DNA of 63,996 nt, filler included, from Basidiobolus ranarum (taxonomy: Eukaryota), in NCBI GenBank assembly GCA_040143965.1. It is 15 parts of 15 records of this genome, joined end to end, with 100 filler letters (N's around TTAATTAATTAA, not from the genome) between each part and the next. Parts side by side here need not be neighbours in the genome. Positions count along the whole stretch, not along the records: positions 1 to 4,193 come from JASJQH010002075.1; positions 4,294 to 8,485 come from JASJQH010002076.1; positions 8,586 to 12,775 come from JASJQH010002077.1; 12 more parts are not named here. One strand, written 5' to 3'. How positions within the stretch are numbered: the first letter of the stretch is position 1; each line of letters opens with the position of its first letter. A model generated the notes under the pieces. That model had not been told where the DNA came from. It saw only the letters and a program-made list of their open reading frames with translations, and did no database searches. The position numbers and the translations under genes were made by a program. Positions 1 to 9,845 of this stretch are shown here, one piece after another.

Positions 1-108
1 CGAGTGTTATAGGACCCAGCCATGGTAATTGACAGATCGCGCCAGATGGTGTACTAGCAGGCTGGATCGAGCGGCACGATCTGACCTGGTCCGATGGAAC
101 AAGTCTAT
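1..108 (+). repeat. Dispersed repeat, second copy at ~30710-30817 (probably transposon-derived)
   Basis: Ungapped alignment by eye: GAGTgTTATAGGACCCAGC...GCCAGATGGTGTACTAGCA...TGGAACAAGTC in both copies. Confidence 0.85.
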
Positions 109-559
109 TATTGGTTAAAATGTCAAAGTTAATTTCCTACAGTGTGATCAAGCATAATGCCTTCCGCTTTGAGCAGTTTCAATATGTATGCTTGATAAAT
201 TAATTTGGATCAAACTATGATTAACTTTGCTGATGCAGTTTATTATACAATTTCCATGCCATCACACATAATTGAAATAATTAGGATGATAAATGCAAAC
301 AGAGATTTTATTATCCAGAATGTAGGGAAATTTACCATGATAATTGAAATTCTTAGATAAATAAGTTGCACATGCTAGATCAATCAGTATGATGCCAGAT
401 CAATACAAGATAAATAGCATGCTCTCCATCTACTCTCAATGGTCATTCCACATCAATCCAAAAGCAACTACTGGCTTTCCTATCACCACATTTGAGGCTA
501 TATTTGAGAAAAACTGTGGCTCATATACTCCAATACCTATCAGAAAGCAGCTAGTCAAC

Positions 560-2480
560 TTGTTTTGCATTTTTTACTTTTGGGTTCCAATTTTGAGTGT
601 TTTTGAGCTGGAATTATGCAATTTGCAGTGCAAACAAAGATCCTGATATGATCCAACCTTGGTTGTGATCCATACAGAGCCTCAAATGGAGTCATATTTT
701 ATAGCGAACTTGTTGGCCATCTGTTTTTGATATATACTGCAATGGGGACAAATTCAGCCCAAGATTGGTAATTTAACTTTAAATAATGTTTCATTGTTCT
801 TGTCATCTCCACTGTGAACCCATTAGCACATTCTGCACCTCCACTTTCCTGTGGAGTTAAAGGTACAGAAGTTTGGTGCTTAATATCATCTTTAGAGCAA
901 AACCTAGCAAAGTCTTTCGAGCAGTATTCTGCTCCATTATCACTCCTTAGTATCCTTTTTTTGTGCTGATTTTTCTCTACCATTGCTTGGTAATGCTTGA
1001 ATATAGCTAAGGCTTCAGATTTTGATTTGATGCATATCCTGGTTGATCATCAGCAATGGTCATAAAGTACATTTTCCCACTTAGTGAAATAATTTTCATA
1101 GGCCTACATAGGTCAGAATGAAGCAGGGCAAAGTTCTGAATGGATTTGAACTCTCCAGAGCTAGAAAATGGCTGTTTGTGATTTTTACATATATGCAAAC
1201 TTCATACAGATTGAATTCATCAATATTTGTACTTTCTAAGCCTGAAACAAGCTGATTTTGGATTGTTTGGGTCAGTTTTTGTGGTCTGATGTGGCCTAAA
1301 GTTCCATGGTGTATTTGACAGCATATTCCACCAGATTTAGCCAAGTATACATGTTCAGAATATCATCTATTGAATTCAAGTTGGTGTAAGTTTTGAGAAT
1401 AATCCCAGTAGCCAAATTAGTGTTATTCTGATCTATGATAGTGCATCCAACCATGCAGAACATGAATTTTAGTCCTTGAGTTGTTGCTTGACTTACTGAG
1501 AGTAGATTCTTGGCTATATTTAGTACATAGAGTGCATCATCCAATTTTGCAAATGGTGTGGCTGAATGTTGATCTAAATTAAGCATAACTGTGCCCTTAA
1601 CAACTGCTTCTAGTGCATAGTTGTCACCTAAGTAGGTATTCCAAGTATAGATTGGTTTTAAGCTGGGAAACCAATCTTTCTTGTTTGACATATTCTGGGA
1701 AGGTCCTGAATCAATATACCACATTTCTGAATCTTCTTGAGTTGTCACTGAGAGGGCAGAGACAATATATATGATCCCTATCAGTGCTAACCTGATTTGC
1801 TTATTCCAATTTTAGCCTGTTGGCAAAAATCCTTTTTCTGCAATCTTAAATAATATGGCCTGGTTTCTTGCAATACTTACCAATGATAGACTTCCTGTTA
1901 GGGGCACCATTAAAGAAGCCTGTTGGATGTTTTATCAATGCCTCTGATCTTGACTCTAGGGCAATTATGAGAATCCTAAACTTCTTTGGCAGGCTCCAAG
2001 GTGGTGTCATAACTAAGTCATCTTCATTTAGAAGTGCTCCAATGGATGAGAGCTGATCTGTCATAGCTTTTATCTAAATTATATATTTAAGCATGGGATC
2101 ATTAGAATTCATGTGAATTGAGAATAATTTTGCAAAAAATACAGGCTATTAGCCAGACTTTTAGTTGTATATAGTCCCTCAAGTGTTTCCTAAGCATTTT
2201 GGTTGTTTTTGGCTGATTGTGTGTGCATCAATTGAGAGGCTCTAAGTTGTAGACAAAGTGTAGAGAGTGCTTTCCTCTGCTTCTTGTGAAAGGCAAGGAA
2301 AGCTTGTGGTGATCCCTTTGGCTCTTTTTCTTCCCCTGTAACAAATCCCTAAAGGTCCTTGTCTTCTAGCACCATTTGCATCTTAAACTTCAAAAGGTGA
2401 AAGTTTTCACCATCAAACTTCTCTGAGGATGCAAAAACACTGGTAATAGTACTGGTAGATATTCCTTTAACAGCTAGCTT
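560..2480 (-). mobile_element. Decayed Ty1/copia retrotransposon internal region (gag, protease, GAG-pre-integrase, integrase), LTR family C
   Basis: Fragments EKFDGENFHLLKFKMQMVLED (gag), WYIDSGPSQNM (protease), LLHSDLCRPM and LRSDNGAEY...TPQESGGAE (integrase), broken by stops and frameshifts. Confidence 0.93.
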
Positions 2481-2493
2481 GGTGTTCATAACC
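2481..2493 (-). promoter_or_regulatory. Copia primer-binding site, half-tRNAiMet type (GGTTATGAACACC)
   Basis: Immediately follows the LTR 3' CA and matches the GGTTATGRGCCC pattern of the other copies (24291, 36211). Confidence 0.75.
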
Positions 2494-2843
2494 TGAGAAA
2501 AGTATTTAGGTGACTCCCCGGTGTTTTGGACAAGATTTGGATTTGTGAGTCCGACACTAATAATTTATGGTATTGACTTTGTCCTATTGATAGTTTACTC
2601 TGAACTATGACTATTGGACAAACCTAGATCATAAAAAACATGCCTGTTAAGCATGGGTCAAAATCTGAGGTGATTTGGAGAGGTTTTGAGAAAATAGTTA
2701 AAATTGGTAAAAGTGATCTAATTGATATTTCTATCAATTAGAACAATATATACACTTTTGGATGGCAGAATTGAGTGCTAAACAATCAAAATATGAATAA
2801 ACTAACTATCCAATAATGAATTGCTATTTACCAAATTTCAACA
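2494..2843 (-). repeat. 5' LTR, family C (TGTTGAA...CA, 350 nt)
   Basis: TG...CA termini abutting the PBS. Homologous copies at 4016-4193, 24304-24385, ~25860-26110 and ~41752-42079. Confidence 0.85.
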
Positions 2844-3599
2844 GGGAGCCTGCCAGATGAGTTTTGGAACCTCATAATTGCTCATGATTCAAGATCAGAG
2901 CCACCAACAGTGAATTATGTTGGTGTTATGCATTTGATTGAGGAATCAAATGTTGCAATTCTTAGGTACCTAAGAATTATAGGGGGTTAAGTAAGCTAGT
3001 ATTGTATTGACTAAAACTGGACTGAAGTGTATTGGGGGAGATATTCCTCTCTTTGTACTGGAAGTGATAGATCAAATGAATCATAGCTCATCTAAAGCTT
3101 ACCAATCAAATTACTATGATAGGATCTACCTACTTCACACTGGGGTAGCTCTATTCTTGGGCAACACATCTTTATAATCAGCAAATCATAACATTCTCTC
3201 TCACTGAGAATGAAAAGGCTCTCCTAAGTCTTACTTTTTTTAGTTCCATTATTTGGTTGGTGGATCATCTTCTAGGAGTCTGGCCCCACTTAGTTTATCG
3301 AAACACACTAGGTATTCCTTACTACACTACATAATTATGCACAAGCTGATATGTCTAGAATGGGTATTATCTAATGACTTTGAAAAGTCCTGTTCAAAGA
3401 GGTTCAAACCTGCTCTTGGACTTACTGCTTAACAGTACAGGTTCCTTAAGCAATTGGTGGTTGGTTTACAGTGTTATCATAGCAAGTCTGATTTTTTGAT
3501 GAAACTTGCTTCAACTCTGGCTTTTGCTGTATTTCTCTCTAGTGTGAGCTTCTTCTTTGCTGTGATTTAGCTAGGTTTATATTTCAAAAGGTTGGTAGG

Positions 3600-3915
3600 T
3601 TTCTGTGACTCCATTTTGTCATTTTCCTTTATAGCACCTTTTGGTTAATAACATACTTCTGAGAGGCATGTTCAGTCTTTACAGTAGTATGGACTCCTTT
3701 CAAATTGCATATCCAGACCTAGAGGCAGCAGATAATGGCAAGCAACTCTTTTTCATGAACTGGAGAGCATTATAGAGAACTATGCATTTCTTGGACTAAA
3801 AAGCAACTGGGTATTCTACATCATCACTAATCTGGCTAAGAACTCCTCCTATAGCGTAGTCAGAGGAATCAGTAATGAGAATGAATGGCTAGTTGAAATA
3901 TGGAATCCTCAACAT
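3600..3915 (-). mobile_element. Ty3/gypsy RNase H pseudogene fragment
   Basis: Translation PFILITDSSDYAIGGVLSQ...YPVAF*SKK...PVHEKELLAII...VKTEH, with stops. Confidence 0.85.
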
Positions 3916-4015
3916 ATTTAACTTTGCTAGTTTAAAAGAGGCAATGCTAATGGCAAGCATTTTCCTCTGGTGAACTGGATGGTTCTGCTCTGCACTTGTT
4001 ATCTTCTTGGATACA

Positions 4016-4193
4016 TGATAAAAGTGTTTAGGGGATTTGGAAGTGTTTTGGACAAGATTTGGATTTGTGAATTAGACACTTAAGTTTTATTGAATTGAAT
4101 ATGTCCTGTTTATAGTTTACTATGAATTATGACTATTGGACGTGTTTAGATCATAACAAACATGGCTGTTAAGCATGGGTGAAAATTTGAGGT
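4016..4193 (-). repeat. LTR family C, partial (runs into contig end)
   Basis: TGATAAAAGTGTTTAGGGG...GGACAAGATTTGGATTTGTG matches 2494 onward. Confidence 0.85.
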
Positions 4194-4293
4194 NNNNNNN
4201 NNNNNNNNNNNNNNNNNNNNNNNNNNNNNNNNNNNNNTTAATTAATTAANNNNNNNNNNNNNNNNNNNNNNNNNNNNNNNNNNNNNNNNNNNN
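4194..4293. other. Artificial contig linker (44 N + TTAATTAATTAA + 44 N); first of 14 identical linkers
   Basis: Identical 100-nt blocks at 4194, 8486, 12776, 17066, 21352, 25637, 29921, 34202, 38482, 42762, 47040, 51314, 55587 and 59853. The 12-mer places stops in all six frames. Intervening contigs fall from 4192 to 4166 nt. Confidence 0.98.
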
Positions 4294-4758
4294 GACAGTA
4301 GCATGCCAGCCAAGTGGGAGTTATGCCGCCTTAGCAGGAAGATACATCAACTATCTTTCAACCAAACGGCTCTACGTAGCGAATCCAACTACTCTTCACA
4401 GGGATTAAGGCTTTGTGGTACATAATGCATCATATTCTCATGTCTTCACCAGTAATAAAAGAAAGGGGGTCTGCTTATGCTATGAGTATAAGCAAATCCT
4501 AGGGTGACAACGCGAGCATTAGCAAGCAGAAGATGAGGGATATAATGCAAGAGATGAGAGATATACAATAGGGCTACTTCTTCTGTACATGTCTAAAATC
4601 GAATATTAATCTTGAAAACGTGGTTATCCAACCTCCCAATCCAAAATGTCCCCGATGCAAAATACATGCAACACTCCTGTGTGGTAAGTAATGAAGCACA
4701 TATTCACTTGCTTCCATTTGCATTGAATGGTTTGAGGAATGAACCCAGCCGAGTCACC

Positions 4759-4766
4759 TATATAAA
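4759..4766 (+). promoter_or_regulatory. Putative TATA box (TATATAAA) of the Gly-rich gene
   Basis: Lies 96 nt upstream of the ATG at 4855. Confidence 0.5.
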
Positions 4767-4854
4767 TCCAGCTGATATTTTTATCAAGGCATTCACATCT
4801 GCTCACTACATCTTTCATCAACCTTCTATCGCTTATTAAAAAACAATTCTCAAG

Positions 4855-5970
4855 ATGAAAGTAACTCTTATGACTGCTCTTCTCTACATTGCCTCCATTT
4901 CTGCTTTACCAACAGGTGAATATTCTGGAAATGGCAATGGAAGTTATGATATTAAAGACTACTCTGACAAAAATGGTGGAGGAAAAGGAGAGAAACATGA
5001 AGTGAGTTACGGTGGTAACGGAAGTGGTCATGAAGAGAGCTACGGAGGTAATGGAGGTGGCGGAAGCGGTAATAGCTATGACAATGAAGATTACAATGGC
5101 GGTGGCAATGGAGGTGACCACGAAGACAGCTATGGAGGTAATGGTGGTGGTGGAAGTGGCAATAGCTATGACACCAAAGATTATAATGGTGGTGGTAGCG
5201 AAGGAGATCATGAAGAGAGCTATGGCGGTAATGGTGGTGGTGGAAGTGGCGATAACTACGACACTGAAGATTACAATGGCGGTGGAAACGGAGGTGATCA
5301 CGAAGAGAGTTATGGAGGTAATGGTGGTGGAAGTGGTAATAGCTATGAAACCGAAGACTAGAATGGTGGTGGGAATGGAGGTGACCACGGAGAGAGGTAT
5401 GGAGGTAATGGTGGTGACCACGAAGAGAGCTATGGAGGTAATGGAGGTGGCCATGAAGAGAGCTATGGAGGCAATGGTGGTGGTAACGGAGATGATTACG
5501 AAAAGAGCTACAGCGGTAATGGTGGTGGAAGTGGCAACAGTTACGACACTGAAGATTACAACGGTGGTGGCAACGGAGGTGACCACGAAGAGAGTTATGG
5601 AGGTAATGGAGGTGACCACGAAGAGAGTTATGGAGGTAATGGCGGTGGAGGCGGAGGTGGCAACAGTTACGACACCAAAGATTACCACGGTGGCGGCAAC
5701 GGTGGCGGCCACGAAGAGAGCTACGGAGGTAATGGTGGTGGCCATGAAGAGAGCTATGGAGGTAATGGCGGTGGGGGAAGTAGTAATAGTTATGATACCA
5801 AGGACTACAACGGTGGTGGCAACGGTGGAGGCCAGAAAGAGAATTACGGAGGCAATGGTGGTGGTAACGGTGCTAGTTATGATACTAAGGATTATGGCTC
5901 TAATGGAGCGGGCCGTAGCTATAAAAGATCGTTCCAAAAGAAGCGTTCAGGACGAGTTATTTCTCTCTAA
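4855..5970 (+). CDS. Secreted Gly/Tyr/His/acidic-rich tandem-repeat protein (371 codons) with one in-frame TAG at 5359-5361
   Basis: Signal-peptide-like start MKVTLMTALLYIASISALP. Repeat unit ~GGDHEESYGGNGGGGSGNSYDTEDYNGGGN. The same frame stays open after the TAG and ends ...YKRSFQKKRSGRVISL-TAA at 5970. Confidence 0.85.
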
Positions 5971-7466
5971 AGGGTTTAGATAGTCAGTGATTTGTTAGCG
6001 AAACTAATAGATTATACATTCTTGATTTCTATATTCAATTATGCTTCTCCGATCTTTAACCTTCAAGTTGCACTAGATTCCATATCTTCGGCTCTCCTTA
6101 AGAGCTTGAGCATTTCATTTAACTCAATCGAATACCAAATCTCATTTAAATAAAGATCCTTTCTCATACTGCTATTCTCATGCTTTTATACATTGAGAAA
6201 ATCAAGGTTGAATATTGTTATTGAATTTTTAAGTTTCAATTAATTATTCAAGCGTGGAATTTGACCGAATTTGATTAACTGGATCACATGTTTCAATAAA
6301 ATCAATTTGTTTCTGTAGAATCTGGCAAATCTTTATTTCGTGCACTATAATCGATCATTACTGATAGATATATTTGGCAACTACAGGAGGATCTGAATAA
6401 AAGGAAACACAGCTTATGTATCAAAAATAGTCGTTGATAGTGATTTTAGGTAGATTCAAGGCTATTAATTGTAGCAGAATTCATTGGTTTAGCAGATAGG
6501 CGGGATAGCATGTGCAATAGAAAATAAGCAGTCAAAAATGACCGCATATCTGTCTACAGATAGTCACATGTGGAAGAAAAGTGGCACTAGTGAGGCCAGT
6601 GGCGGTATGGTGTGGAATTCCTGTTGGTGCTCACCATTTGTTAGATCGATCTTTGGGGTCTATCGTAACACTTCACCGATATCCGCTCTTCAGTTATTGA
6701 AGGAGAAGGGATATCTGAATTCTGCTCTAGTCGTTGGAAAACGCAAGAGAGATTATATTATGTGGCCTGATCCTCGTCATATTTCTGAGACTCGCCTATC
6801 AAAGTGACAGGAGCTCTGAATCTTTTGGGTTACGTACTTAGTTTTCGATGACCCAGTAATACTTTCCTTGTTCAGATCTTATTTGTAGATTATATGGACA
6901 TAAACCATTGAAATACCCAATAGAGCACCCTGTTGCAAGCTCCTAGAGTCAGCTCTTCTCAAACGCCGATTCTGAATCAATGAGCAGGTTGAGTGCTTTA
7001 TTATATGTATTAATAATTGATTCATGACAATTAGCCAATAATCCAATGGACACCACCACAATAGAATCAATAGAAAGTGTTCTTTGGAACTTCGTTGCTG
7101 ATTGGCAATCATTGAAATAACTTAGCACTCATTGTACTAGTAAATCAAGTCTTTGTAAATGTCCGATACTCTGACTATTCTCCTTTGTTTATAAGCTGCA
7201 CCCTAACCTACTCTGCCGATCTTCATTTTGGTTTTCATAATCCATGGTGGCCATTGTGTTATCTTTCCCATTGATTCAAAAATTAATTCTTATCAGTTTC
7301 AATATTTTCTTGTATCAGATACATATCGTCAAAAATACATTTCTCTCTTATAAATAGTCGTTAACTATAACGTTAGCCTTTAACGATTTTTGCAACGTTA
7401 TTACCAACCTGATCTCTCTCTTAAATATATTCTCACCGCTATCTAAGTTACTATTGCTTGCACGCG

Positions 7467-8485
7467 ATGACTTCAAATCAGTCAAGTCGCCAGTCTTCTT
7501 TAAGGGCTAACAAGTTAACACTAACTCCTCAATATTCGAAGGACGATACTTGCATTCTTGCTGGGTTACCTAGCTTGGGAAGATCCGAAGAGCATGAAGA
7601 ATTTGCTTCCCTATTCCATAGCACGCGTAATGGTCATAGAACCTCAGTCTTACACGTAGGTCTAGAGTTGGAGCTTATTCGAAGCTCCCTAGGCAAACTT
7701 ACTTCTCAGAAGAGAGGCAGCAAAATTTATGAAGTGGGTCATTCGCCGGTTTCAAGTAGCTTCGATGAAGAGGACGTGGAAAGCATTCGTCCTCTCTCTC
7801 CTGGCGTACACGGCCTGTTGAAGGATCTCGAAAGTTGTTTAGTAAAAATCCAGCAATACGATGAACCTGTTACCCCCTGTGAAGCAGAATTTTATCAAAC
7901 ACATTCCGTTGTCATCAAGTCTTATCGCGACCAAGCACCCAATATTTATTCAAACAGTCAAAGTGGCTTGGTTGATAAAGCCAACGCCATGTTAGAATGC
8001 AAAAGTAATACATACCACGTTTCTACGGTGCTTCCTATGAAATCCCCAACAACTCGTAGCTCTAGCTCTGAAGTCACAGTTAACGAAGCATTCATAGCCG
8101 CCACTTTGGCTGGATGGTTATCCAAGCTTTATATATCTAATCCTTCATTCCTGGCTCGTAAAACATGGAAACGTCGATTCTTTATTCTTACTTCAGACGT
8201 TTTGTATCGGTTTAAATCTTTACAGGCAAATGCTACAGCTGATGAATATTTGGATATCAATTCCAACACTATTGCCTGTGTTTCTGATAAATTTTCCGGA
8301 AAAAAATGGGTCATCGAAATCACTAATCCTGGTACTTCGTGGTATATTCAAGCAGAATGTTTAGATGAACTCAAGACGTGGTTGAGCGTTCTCAAATCCG
8401 TTATTATCAGAAAAAAATATAGCAGTAGTATATTGTCGTCCGATAGCGAGTTTATAATTTTTGATGGTGTAACTGAATATCCTTG
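7467..8485 (+). CDS. PH-domain protein, 3'-truncated at contig end
   Basis: AGWLSKL...TWKRRFFILT...LYRFK...WVIEI...WYIQAE..DELKTWLSVL is a canonical PH signature. First ATG at 7467, TATAAAT at ~7349. Confidence 0.85.
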
Positions 8486-8585
8486 NNNNNNNNNNNNNNN
8501 NNNNNNNNNNNNNNNNNNNNNNNNNNNNNTTAATTAATTAANNNNNNNNNNNNNNNNNNNNNNNNNNNNNNNNNNNNNNNNNNNN

Positions 8586-8894
8586 ACATATAAGTTAGTT
8601 AACATTACTTAGTCAAATATCACTTAGCTGAAAATTGGAACATATATTATATATATATGTGAATAATGTGAGAATTAGCAATTCCATATTGGAAATATCA
8701 AACTCGTCCAAATTGCCCCAAAGATAGCTCATTTTACTCCCACAGATGTTCTGAACACAACCCTAGTGTTAGTTTTCTGTATTTCCACCAAAAAGTATAA
8801 ATACTTTATTTCTGGACAATAAACAATTATCTCACAAAGCTATTCACAACTCCACTTTTCTAAAGTTCCTCCAAACTGCCCATATTTTCCCAAT
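8586..8894 (+). repeat. LTR family A, partial
   Basis: Matches 39264-39643 and the reverse complement of 36226-36603. Confidence 0.85.
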
Positions 8895-9015
8895 CTCAAC
8901 TATTCCTCCTAAACACTTTAAATTTTCCCCACATTGTCTACTTGGAAAACTTTGACTATATTGCTGGTAAGATAGGGGAATATCTAAAAAAGTTATTTAT
9001 GTGATAGCTGCACAC

Positions 9016-9845
9016 TGTTAAAGTATTTTTGGAAGCTTGTTGGAAGTGGTTTGGAGAATTAGAGAAATTGGTGGATTTCACTTATTGATTAATTGAGTTG
9101 GAAGTTGATATTGATACTTTTGTCAAGATGTAAACAAACCAAGGTATAGAATGTGCTACGGAAGGTCTCTGAAACATTTGTGCAAAGTTTGGGGCTTCTA
9201 GCATAGGTTTGGAAAATCTATATATCTGAGAACTTCTATGTTGGTAAAAATATTTCAAGTAAATTCCAATTGAGAATAATAGCTGTAGATACTTGAGGTT
9301 ATGTCATTTTAAATAATAAATGCCTTTAAACACTTATATGGTCATATAGTTAGCTACCTAAATTTCACTCTATTATTCCCTATCTCCACAAGGGATTTAC
9401 TTGAAAGTTCTCAGATTATATGATTATTTCTCAAACTTGTCCACAAGACCCTAAACTCCATACACTTGTTGCTGTGACCTCAAATATATTCTGCACATCA
9501 CTTTGTCTAGTTCTTGATAAAGTATTTTGGGAGCCTATTGGAAGTGGTTTGGAGAACTAGAGAAATTGGTGGTTTTCACTTAATAATATATTGTGTTGAA
9601 AGTTGACATTTATATTTTTGTCCAGTTGTAAGCAGACCAACATATAAGACGTGTTAAGGAAGATCTCAGGAACGTATGTGCAGAGTTTGGGGCTTCTAGC
9701 ACAAGTTTGAAAAAATACATATATCTGAGAACTTCTGAGTACATTCCTCATGAGAATAATGGGTTATATTATAGTGGAATATAGGATAACTAAGTACTAA
9801 GCTATATATGACTATATATGTGTTTAGACCATGCTAATTTTAATA
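9016..9845. repeat. Cluster of three LTR family B copies in alternating orientation (-,+,-)
   Basis: TGTTAAAGTATTT...GGAAGTGGTTTGGAGAA at 9016 and ~9514. A reverse-oriented, diverged copy at ~9305-9520 (AAGTTCTCAGATTATAT...GACCCTAAACT). Confidence 0.8.

Noticed and set aside
4238-4249. Regularly spaced palindrome TTAATTAATTAA as a biological repeat, CRISPR-like array or recombination site
   Set aside because: It is always embedded in exactly 44+44 N and is a six-frame-stop assembly spacer.
5359-5361. Genome-wide TAG-to-Tyr codon reassignment
   Set aside because: No other intact gene has an in-frame TAG despite many Tyr codons, and thioredoxin terminates at TAG at a normal length.
4906-5983. 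Long alternative ORFs 4906-5937(-) and 5012-5983(+)
   Set aside because: These are shadow frames of the GGN-rich repeat. Variation between repeats is synonymous only in the frame starting at 4855, which also carries the signal peptide.
8486-8537. ORF-track proteins ending in X runs or LIN (e.g. 7458-8537, 25685-25900, 34246-34440, 42527-42817, 59531-59908)
   Set aside because: Their ends come from the artificial linker, so the real sequences are truncated at contig edges.
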